Part shown: in pieces, positions 24,601 to 36,600 of the stretch
Numbering within the stretch: position 1 is the stretch's first letter
Layout: each line of letters begins with the position of its first letter
Source: Thalia democratica
Taxonomy: Eukaryota
Length of the DNA: 64,000 nucleotides
Direction: 5' to 3'
Assembly: GCA_965202585.1 (NCBI GenBank)
Contig: OZ241827.1
Span: 57,660,001-57,724,000 of the forward strand
Position numbers and translations under genes: made by a program
Notes under the pieces: model-generated
The model's database searches: none
Seen by the model: only the letters and a program-made list of their open reading frames with translations
Told to the model about the DNA's origin: nothing

Positions 24601-27600
24601 GCTAGAACTTCTTTGCTCACAAATTATTTTGAGTATGTAAGGCTTTGCTTAAGAATTTGTGTACGAGCAGAGTTAGACAAGAAATTTTTGAGTAAAACAA
24701 TTTTGGCTCGGCTGGTAAGCTAAAAAATTGCGTTTTTGTTTTAAGTTTGTTTTAGAGTGCAGATGAAGTTCAAAGACTGTAATACATTTTTATAGTGCTT
24801 ACTAAATCAGTATTGTTTTAATATTTATTTTTTAATTGAACCTGGATTAATAAAAAATAGTCTAGAAACTTTCCTTATAATTTTTTAAAGACGAATTTAC
24901 ATTAATCAAACTATCAAAAAAGGTTAAATCACAATACCAGTAAAAGTTTTCTATTAAGTTATGTATTAATCGGATTTCAACTCTTTAAAAAGTAAAAAAA
25001 CAGAAGGACAAAAGAAATTAAATTAATAGTGTAATATGTTTTAGTAAGCTTTTTTAATAAGTGCTAAGTTTTTATTAACTTGAACTTTTTTTTACCTAGA
25101 AAGACTTAAATTATTTTACTACTACAAGTATATTTGACTACAGCTTAAAGTAATTTAATTTACCTGTTTTGTTTGCAAGCTTTACTTGCTATGAATGTTT
25201 TTTGCAAATCTAAGCAGAACTTATAGCATAAAGTACAAACTAAATAATTGCTGACACATCAACAGCTATGACAGTGTACATTACACAATGTGAAAATTTG
25301 CACTTATTAAAACCAATTGCAAATCAAGGTACACAAAAACAATTAAAAAATTAATATATTTTCCATTGTAGATTAACGGCTAGACGCAAATAAACAAAGA
25401 ATTGCATTGTAGTCAGTTTTAATCTCATTTGCTTCCTGCTTTATCAAACTTATTAGTAAGTATAACATAATTAAAAAAAGCATATAAACTTGGACTCAGC
25501 CCAACTGGTTGTCAATTAATTTTCATCAATCAAAATCACCATTTCAACGATTAAAACCTAGTTGAATGTAAAAAAGTATACGAGCATGCTTATCAGCAAA
25601 TTATGAGGCAGAACTCCAGCAAAGCAGAGCACCGAGTAATTGTTCAAGTAATCAGATGATATCAAAAAATTTAAAACAATGTCAGCAGTTAGAAGTAGCA
25701 GCAGATTTTTATTATACAAATTTGTCATCTTTTTTGTCATTTCGCTCGAACCGCGTCTCCACGGCAACCTTATTGTCGCCGCCGTTCCTTGGCAACCAAC
25801 CGGCGATTGTTCCACGGCCAACAAGCCGCAATCAAACGGCTCGGGGGTTGAAAGCGGGAATGCAGGTACAAGGCTTCCATTAGAAAGTAGTTTCCCGCTC
25901 AATAATAAAAGGAGTTCTGTTGAATTTGTTAACGAGGCATCGCGTGAAGTCAGAGCCCAGTTAGTTTGTTGTTTTTTAAGGGAATACATTTTTAATAAGA
26001 AGAAATAGATATGATCACTTTGTAAATAATTTGATATTGCTTGAAAAAATATATTTCAAACAATTTATAGCTAATGGTGTTATAAAACAGTAAATTTCAG
26101 TCTGGTTTTAAAAAATATTTTAAAATAAACTAGTTTTGTAATTAAACTTACAGTCTTTAAAACAAAACACCCTTTATGAACTTCTTGTTAAAATATATCA
26201 TAATTTTTTTTTGTATTTTAAGTATCTTAAACTTACTAAGCTTGGTCAATTCAAAGAAAGTTTTGAATAAAGACTGCTTTTCTAATATTTAAATAAAACA
26301 AATATGTTGAAATTTTGTTTTTAAGTTTTTTAGCTTTGTGTTTGCCTCAAAGTTGCTCCAATGGTCAAATAAACTACAACAAAAAAATTAGAAATAAAAA
26401 AGAGCATTTTTTTTAGTAGAATACCATAGCTAGCTTTAGCTACAAATCCTTGCAAACAGATAGTCAAATGTAAATATTTGCATAAAAAAACCTTTTAAAG
26501 CGGGTTACTTGGCCTTCGCACATCGTTTCTTATGTGTTTTTGCTTTTTGGTCTATTTCTATCATTTAACACTTAAACACTCGTCGATATCATCTATTAGC
26601 TTTGCACAGTAGAGTGTTATAATCAAATTAACACGTTTCTATAATTGGCATCTATCAATTACAAAGTTTGATTTTAAAATATCAAAAAAGATATGAATTG
26701 TTGAAAGTAACGCAAAATAAGATGTGGAAATTTTTGAGAGCTAAATTGTTGAGATAAATTTGTGATTTTACATTGATGAAGATTTTAAATCTTTTAATAT
26801 GCTTACGGGATATTTTTGTAGTAATTTTAATTTGTTTTTACCTAATTAGTCTAAAACATTATATTTAATTTTTTTGCTGAGTCTAATAATAGAAAAATAA
26901 ATTAAATTAGTCTATGATGTTATAAAAAAGTAAGAAAATTTTAATTTTGTTTAAATTTTTAACTTGTGCAAGAGAATTTGTTTCCTAAAAAACGTATTTG
27001 AAGTCAAAATTACACGGTTTGAAAACTTTCAAATAGTTATTGTGAAAATTTTGTGTTTGCTTATTCATTAATGTACAAACTTTTATTTTAAATTTAATAT
27101 TTTTTTTGTCACTAAGCAGAAATAGATTAGTACTATTTGTTTAGTTATAACTGTCAAGATAATTTATTGGTTTTTATTTGCATTTTATCAGTTAACGGTT
27201 CAAAAGGACTTCTACAAACAAAAAGCTAGTATTACTTATGCTGTTAAGTAAAACTAATTGTAAACATTTTCACGTTAGTGAAAAGAATTGCTTAAAAAAA
27301 AACCAAAAGATAAGCCTTAAAGTTGCAATAAATCATGTAAACTTTAGACTTTAAATAGTTGTAGCAGAAAATTCATGCTGATAATAGACCCTAAATTAAT
27401 TGTAGATTATGATTCATAGCTTAAAACTTGATTATTATAAAGGTACATGGTACAATGTTTTGTAATTTATAGAATGAAAGACTACATTTTTTTTTCGATA
27501 CAATCTTTATAAAAATAATAGTCTCATTTTACAAAGATCTATTAACTATCAAGTTTGTTTTAAAACAGCATTTAGTTGTTCGCAAATAATATGTTTATTT

Positions 27601-30600
27601 TTTTAGTAAAAATCAAAGATAATTCTTTTTGACAACTCGAGGTATTTATTTAATAGTCGTTTAAAAACCTTCTTTTGAAGTTTTTAGGAGTTTAAGTATT
27701 ATTTTACCTAATAAAAGCAATGTTTATGAGATGAAACAACATTATTTTACAACCCTAAACGAGTATTAATTGTGTTTGACAAAAAACATCGTTAGATAAT
27801 AAAAGATTATGTAATGTGATTGTGTAAGCAATTTCATTATATAAAGAAATGTGAGATTAACAATATAACTTAGTTTTGAAGTTTTCTTAAAGCTAAAAGT
27901 TGATAGAGATCATTTGAAAATGAACATTAACTGGTTAATGCTTTTTTAAGTTTCAAATATTTTTTTATTACTACTGGTAATGCTTTTTAGACAATATTTT
28001 TATTTAAATGTTAACTCTTTAATCATCAAAGTTTATTGATGATTTTTTTAAACAAAGAGAACGTTGTGTATTTTTTTAAGATCTTACTATAATAAGGAGA
28101 ATAAATAAAAGAACGATTACAAAATAACAGCAAAAAAAAACTGCCAACAATTATTAAAGCATTTACTTTAAAACAAGTTTATCAAGATTTTCTAATAAGA
28201 CGTTTTTGTATCGAAGTTAGCACTAACAACTTTTGATAACTTCCGAACATAACAGAACCTTACAAGTTAATAACGCTAAAAGCTCAAGTAAAAACAAAAA
28301 TGATAATTTAAGGGTTTAGTAATAACGCAAAAGTTTCAATTTGGTTATTAAATTTTGAGGTTTTCAGCTTTGTTCGTCGGCACACCTTTAATTTGGCCCG
28401 GTGTCAGATCTTATGAAAATTTGTATTTATGTTGTTTAAAAACTACATTAATCCCATAACGCACTGCGCTGCTAATACACTGAAGTTTTCAGCTAAACAA
28501 CCTTGCATTTGTAAAATTTTTTTTGTGTTTTCACAAGGCATTTAGATTTTTATTACTAGCATGAAAAGCAGTTTTAATTATAAAGACCTTATTTTTTTGA
28601 TCAAAAACATCTTGGTTCGAAAATTTCAAAATTTAGAAAGCAGGCATCATCATTACAATGCTTACACTATGAAAAGTTTATAGTAAAATATAAAGATACA
28701 GTAAAACAAAACTGATAAATAAGCGTATTTTTTGTGCAAAAAAAAACGGACAAAAGTCTCAATTCTCCCAAAAATTTTAAAAAGTTACGTCATAGACCAA
28801 CTCGTAGTAAGTTAATCTTGTTGCGGCAATATTACACACAAGTTCATATAAAAACTTACTGGTGGTCTTTTGTCATGAAAAAACAACGAGTTGCACTTCT
28901 GTGCCACTTCAATAATTTGTTGTACTACGACCACCCCGACACACAAAAACCTTTTTTCTTTTTTGTTTTCGTCGCAGGCTCTGTTGTAGCACAATAGTGC
29001 GATGGCTGCGCTGTGTGTTAACAGTAGCTACTCGACAAAAGACACAAGCTCGAATAATTTGTGTTCAGATTTCTTTAAGTCGCTGCAAAGACTAGATTAG
29101 GTTTTTAAAAGATTTAGGTAATTGGAAGTTAATAGGTTTTTGAGGTATTTTTAAGTCAGTTATTTTTGTTTTGTTCCACGTAGATGTTTAAGTTTATTTT
29201 AAAGGTTGTAAATTAGGATAAATAAATAACTAAACAATAGTTAACTAGTTTCAAGTATAAGAAGCTTTACCAGTATCCATAATATTTTAAATAGGTAGAA
29301 CTAAAAACAAGTTTTTTGAAAAAAATTATCTTGATAGTTAGGGATTGGTTTAAAGTAATTTTTTATAATACTTTACTCTGAATATCTATTATTTAGCTAT
29401 AAGAATAAATAACGTCAATTGTTTATAATGAATAGAAGTATTTTCAGTTTTTTTTTCGCATTTTGTAAGTGAAAAAATGAATACTTTAAATTATATCTTT
29501 TTTCACAGCTAAATTTCTAAGCTTAGAAATTCAAAATTTATACCAGTGTGATACATTTAAAAGTAAAGCAATTTTTTTTAAGATGCTTACTTCCTTACGA
29601 AATTATACTATAAAGACTACCATAAAAAAGAAAGTTTATAAATACTAGCAAAATAATTAAAATTTCCAAAAAGATGGTTACCGCACTTGTTTACACTATT
29701 ATGGTTTAGATGGTTATATATTAGATGGTTACACTATTAGAAATATTTCTATTACTGATAATGATAAAACGTCGTGCAAATTTTTTACAAACAATTGAAT
29801 TTTAATTGCTTTTTAAAATACTAAAAACCATTGATTTGATAAATACATTTTATTCAAAATTAAATCGCCAGCAACGACGCTCTTATCCGTTTCAAACTCA
29901 GCAACAAAACGACGTCCATTAAGTTATTACAAATACAGTTTGTTTATCACTAAACTGTCACACGCAGGATACTGTTTATGAACGCCAGTATTACAACTGC
30001 ATTGTGTCCTTTAAGGTCGATTTCGGTTGTATAGGAAACGGTATGATGTATTTATACTGATGTGATCCATCACTCTAGTGCAACGAATAAGCGCGGTTTA
30101 ATCAACCGACGAGACGCTGTACTAACAGCATCGAGAGCAAATCCCCACCACTTTGTGTTTGCGCCGGTGACCGCTCATGCGGATCGACTTGAGAGTTGTT
30201 GATTTCACAACTCAATGCGGTCGGCTGCGCTCGCTAGTACTTTAATGCGCTCTCCGGTTCTGAAAGTTTTAAAACTGCTGTGCAGAAACGGCCAGGAGAA
30301 AGAATGAAGTATACCGACTTGTTGATGATAAAATATGATTTTACTAAACTGATGTTACTACGGTTTAATTGTAGTTCTTTGCATTCAGTATACAAAAGTC
30401 GATTAAAATTATAAACAACATTATTAGGAAGCATAATTGAGAAAAAATATATGATTTTACTATAAATTTTCTCAAACAATTTTTTAACTTTTTAATCTTT
30501 CTGAGAAATTCTCTAATACTAGCGCTTAAATAAAATTTTATAATTGTATGTATGACATTTCCAAAGTATAAATATAGCTTCTTTCATGTGCAGAGCATTT

Positions 30601-33600
30601 ACGTTCTACACATAAAAACGTTTTCGTAGGTAAACTTCACTTATATGTTGAAAAGCGTATGCAACAAACGCTTCACGAATATATAAATGCGACCGGTCGA
30701 ATTTTCCAAACAAAAATAAAAGGCACATTTACGAAACCAAATGCGCACTTTCCTAACCAAACAAAACGCGTTTCCGGCATTAAGCCCAGTCAAGACGGCT
30801 TTGCTGTTCAAACAGTCCTGTGCTTGTGATTCTACGCAGAATTACCCGTGTACAGAAATCCGTGAAAAGTTTTGAAAGTTTAAATCGTAGGCAGTGTAGT
30901 GGTGTAGCTCGGAAGTGAGTAAAAGTGCAAATAAAAACAAGATATTGTGGAGAATTAGAACGAATGTGAGCAAATATTTATTAAATACGTTTGTTCTTCG
31001 CCATTCAACTCGTGTTTGTTTTGGTTTTCGACACAGAAAAAGGTGAAAGCGTTTGCAGCGTTTTTAAACAGCAATAACTACGTTTTGTGTATCGTTTGAA
31101 CGTTCAGTTGCCGCAGACTTTGTTAGCATAGCAAGGTATAAAAAGTTGTGAGAATATGTTGCAGAATTATTTTGATGCACAAAGTTTTGTTGCACTAAGT
31201 TGAAATCAGTCGCTGTGCTCGAAACTACTTAAGTACTGCACTTAATTAGCTGAATTAGTGTTTACAGATGTGAAAATAGTAAAGCAGATATTCGTTTGCA
31301 CTAGATAAAAGATAGCAGCAATATAGAAAGTATAAAAAAAATGGTTTGTAGGTAAATTGTTCTTCAAATATAAACTATTTAGCATGATGTTAAGTTTTTT
31401 GAGTGTTCAGTTCATATTAAGAAATAAGGTTTTTGTTGTTTTTCTGTTATAGTTCAGTCGTATTTGTTTCCAAAGTATACAAGAAAGATATAAGTTCAGA
31501 AGAATAAAATGTTTTAAGTAATTACGCTGTACCTTTACGTTTTTCAATTAAAATTAAAGCTTCAGGTCTAAATATAGCTTTTTACCTTTGAATCAGACTT
31601 AAGCTGAAACAATTTTAATTAAATGCTGAAGTTTATGACATATATATTTAATTACATATTTTTTTCGTCAATGTTTTTGTTTTCTATCAACATTACAATT
31701 TCGGGTGAAACGTTTGAAATATTAATACTTTCTGATTAAAATACTTACTCATATTTTAGATTATTTTCAACTGACCTTTTCAAAGTTTTGTCGCGCTTTT
31801 TAATGAAAATCTTCTCTATACGTTTTTCAATGACAACTACATACATGAATATAGTGGTGTAAGCTGTTTACGCAAGACTAAAGATAATAAAATTTTGTTT
31901 TGGATGAGTTTATAAAATTGCATAGACACGAAAGCATATTCATTATGATGTCAATTCAATTTCAAGTAGTGGTGAATTTTATACAACTTTGATCTAAGCT
32001 TTCTGCAGAAAAAGTTGTAGTCAGTCTATATAAGGATTGTTAAACAAAGAAGCTTTAGCGTATAAAAACACGAAAATAGTATTTACACTAAATACTGTTA
32101 AGTTGGTTGTTAACAAGGTCAGAGAAATGTTTTACAAAAACTAGTTTGATTTGTTTTAGTTTGCAATTTAACTTCGTACTTTATAAATCATAGTAGTACT
32201 TTTTTTTCTTTATGATGTTTGCTTAACTTTTATATCGCAATAAAAAACAGCTTAGTACTTTTAAACGCTTTTGGAACAAAATAAACTATTAGAAAGTGTT
32301 CTATAACTACTACTTAACATAGATATAACTTAATACATTTTTTTTTCAAATTGTAGTTTTAGTTGAAAATAATACAAACAAACTTCACTTACATTTAGCA
32401 GTTTCGAAATGTTATGTATAAAACAAACATAATCTTTTTAAGTACTTATTATTGTTACTTAGCAGTTTTTTTAGTTGCTGTTGGACTCTGTCAAAGTATT
32501 CCAATTAGGTAAGTACCGTTTAGAAGCAATTAAAAACTATTTTTAATAATGTCATTATTTGTTGTCATAGTATAAGAATTTAAAACTAATTATGTAGCAC
32601 CTAATGAAAAATGATTGCCTACAAGTTTTATATAATGTCAAATGAAAACGTTTTAATGTGATATTATTTTAGCATTATGTTATGAATGAGAGAAGTTATA
32701 CGCTTAACATAAAAGTTTAATGCATTTAGAAAGGCTAAAAAACAATAGTAGTCAATAAAGTAGTACATGAGAAAAAAACACACTTCATAATTTGTGTATA
32801 TAGAGGGATTGATTCCAGTAAACTTTAAAAATGTTTACTTCGCATAAACTCATTGAACTTTAAACTACTTATTAGAAAAATAAAGTTTGTATAAGCTACA
32901 AGTAAGCCAATGCATAGTGTAATAAAGCATTTAATAATTATAAAAAAAATTTACCTGTTCAAAGTAAATTTTGATATTACTATATTTTGCTGTTTTACCA
33001 TACATAAGTTGACTTAAAATAATGATTAATGATTTCTGTTTTGATATGTTAATACAAAATAAGTTTGTTTGTTTTATTTAACCATATCTATATCATTTTA
33101 TTAAAACTTGCTTAGAAAATTAGAAAAAAACGAACATATAGAGTTTGAATTTTTATCAACAATTGTACTGCTTTTATTAAAAACTCTGAAAGTATACATT
33201 TTTGTATATGAAACATAGCCTTTTTAGTAAAATTTTTAATAAGTAGAAATAAAATGTGGATTGATTTGAAGTTTTTCGTATCTTTTCGATAGGCTCTCCT
33301 TATATTTGCTTAAAATTCATAGCAAAAACTTGAAAAATATGTTCCAACAATTTTTCAGATGGGAAATAGGTCAGTACGGTTCGTGTTCGAAAATGTGCGG
33401 CAGAGGGATCAGAAAAAGATCTGTCACGTGCAAGTTCATGCCTGAAAACTCCACTCACCACGTCACCAACAATGACGTCATGCCTGAAATCATGTGCCCC
33501 AACCCGAAACCTCAGTCGGTTGAACCTTGCGGGTTTGCCACCTGTCCCCCTGTCTGGATGAAGTCTGGTCTCGGGAAGGTTATTTTTCAAAAACATTTTA

Positions 33601-36600
33601 AAATTACATAAAATAGTTCTTGATATTAGGAACTTTTTTTTTTGACTATCAAACCAATTTAAGCAAGGTCTGAACATTTAACAAGGTTAAAAGACTAAGA
33701 CTAGTCATTTAGCTTAGCCTAGTAATTAAGCATAGTCACCTACTTTAAGGAGTATTTTTCATTCGAAAAATAACACTGTTTAGTGTTCTGAACAATGTGG
33801 TAACGGGTTTCGTGAAATTTCCTACTTGTGCAAGCAAAGAACAGGAACAGGCAAATTGATTCAGGTGCCTTCAAAATATTGTTCGCAGAACAAACCGTAT
33901 CGATTGACAAGGAGAAAGTGCAAAGTTAATGAGTGCGAACCGAAATTCATTGCAGAAGATTGGAGTGAAGTTTGTGTTTTTAACTTTAATTACTATTTTG
34001 CCTGTAATTGGCATAATTAGCAACACTTAAAACAGTTTTTAAAATTTTTTTATAGAAAAAGTGTTACTACAAGGTAATTTATAATTAAAACTCATAGATA
34101 ACATTATTATTTTTATTAAACTACTTTGTTAATTACTTTCAAAAACTCAAAAATGCACAGCTGAACTCTTTTTTTAGTGCAAAGGCGACTGCACAAAGTT
34201 ACGAAAAGGTTGGCAAACAAGAAAAGTTATCTGCATCTACATGAAAAATGGAATTTGGCACAAAACTAGTGCGACATCTAAACATTGCAAAAGCCTGAAA
34301 GCTTTTCCGGCTAGAAGAAGTTGCTCACTGCACAAGAAATGTATGTCCAGCTTGGGTTAGTCAACCATGTGTTAAATTCAAAAATAGTTTGTTTTTTTTA
34401 ACGTCTGAGTAATTTGTATAATGTTCTATTTAAATATTTTGTAGCTGCGAATCAAGAAGGGCAAAGCGTGATCAAAAGAAGGCCCAACCCGACCAAGATC
34501 AACGGAGGGCTGAGAGTATTCGTGCAGAAGAGCGCCAGAAAAATCCCCCTCCAACTGACCCTCCCGCTGAAGGCCTTCGTCATCCCTGGAACAACCATCA
34601 TCGCCAAGTGCAGCTTCAAAAAGTGAGTTTTAATGCAAACAACACCGTCACGCACAAGATCAATGCGCTAAAAAATAAAGTTTACTTATCGGCAAATGGG
34701 AGAGAACGATGGAGGCAATTAGCTTTGATTATCTGCCCCTTTGTTTGCTCATATGACGATTTGATGGCAAGTGGGCAAACAAGGTGACATCAATAAGAAG
34801 AAATTTCGCGTCCTGTTTGCCCAACAACTTCAGACGGTGGCCTAGTTTTAAAATTAAAAAAACAAACAAATTTTTGCAATTAACTTTTGTTATTTTTGCT
34901 TCAAACATTTAATACAGTTTGGCGCGCTATAATGAGTAATGCAGTGCGAATTTTGTAATGTTTGGTTAATTGGAGATATTTTCGGACATAAATCTTCCTT
35001 TTGGAGCTAATTAAAGCTGTTTTACATTGCAGCGGTCCTAAATGTTTTTTTCTTTATGCTAACTAGTACTATTTTTGCTCAGCGGTGCGCCATCAAAACA
35101 CGCGTGGTTTGTCAACAAGCGTAGGGTGAAGAGCAGGCGGGGGAAGGTGATGGTGACGAAGGGGGGCAATCTGAAGATGAGCAAGATCAGGATGAGGAGG
35201 AGGCAGGTGGTGAAGTGCCAGGGAGGACAGGGCAGGAGCAGGCTGCTCGTTCTCATCAACAAAAGTTTAAATTTGATTTTATTTCAAATAATCCTAATTA
35301 CCAAAAGAATATGTTAACTGGCTTAATTAAAAATTAAGACTGTTGTAGCGTTTTAGGACTGAGTTAGTAAAACAAATTCTTATAAATTTTAAATTGTGTT
35401 ACTATACAACCTTAATACTAAATTATACAATGTGTTACTTTAAAAGTTCAAGTTCAATCTGAGTAATAAATGCCGTTTAGATGATGTGTGTGTAATAAGT
35501 AACAAATTCAAATCAGCTTGAACTTCAGTAGTTAATTGAATTAAAGATTTGGAAAAAAAAGTTTGATTTTTGTGTTTTTCTGAATACAGCTCTTTGTGTT
35601 TACAAATTACGTCACTTTTAATTTTATTTACGGTTCAATTAAAATAAACAGCAATTTCTCAAACGTAATTTTTTAATTAAAAACGTGATTTATATGCTGA
35701 TAAATAATGTACAATGTTTGTAATGAGAAGTGCATTAAAAATTAAAAAACAAAAAACTTTACAAAGCAGGTTCATAATAAAAGTTCTTGAAAATTTATTA
35801 CCAGTTTATTTTCTCTTTAAATTTATCCACTGAACATGTTTTGAATGAGCTTTTGAATTACGTAATCCTTTGTAGGCTAATAAAGCTTTAAAATTTAACT
35901 TTATTTGTAACACAATTTCAACAAAAGGTTTTAAAAAAATTATGGTTGTAAAATTTTTTTATATTCCGTTAAAACTTTTGTTTTGAATAAGACCTGTATA
36001 GTATTTTTCTCAGCTATAATTAGTAGAAAATTATGAAAAAGCTTAGCTTTATAAAAGTTTGAAGTAGTTCAAAATCAAAGAATACTGTCTTTTTACGTAT
36101 AACAGCTTTACATTGCATGAAAACGCGTATAAGAACATGAAAAGCAACTAATTAAAAGCTTTTAAGATTAACTTCGTATCTAATTAACCTTTAGGAGCTG
36201 CCAGCGGATCGCATAAAGGTTTAGTGCAAGTCAAAGAGAACCATTTGAAAGAAGAGGGTCAAGCTTTTCAACAATCCATTACCAAGTACAGCGACAGAAA
36301 AGTTTGTCAATTTTGCACGTGCAAATTTTACATAAAATATAAAAAAATGCCTTTAGTTTTAAAAGACTTGAAATAGATTACTATTAAGTAATTTTGAATT
36401 TTAAAATCATTAGGTAATTTTTATTTGAGTTTGTAACAACAAGACCGAATAAGTTTAAATATTTGTTCAGTAAATTCTTAGCATAGGGGTGACTTCCATC
36501 GTACAAGCTAATCGTATTAAAATTCCAAGTATACACACAACTTCGCGTTTCAACTTTTAACATTTGCAGTATTTGAAGCTCGCATCTGGAACTAAAGCTG

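Noticed and set aside
30895-30960. tRNA/SINE-like 5' end (GGTGTAGCTCGG); similar at 49530-49555
   Set aside because: No B-box and no cloverleaf.
35033-35082. Upstream acceptor gcag|cggt mimicking the exon-22 acceptor
   Set aside because: The 50-nt offset shifts the frame to a stop; no evidence of use.
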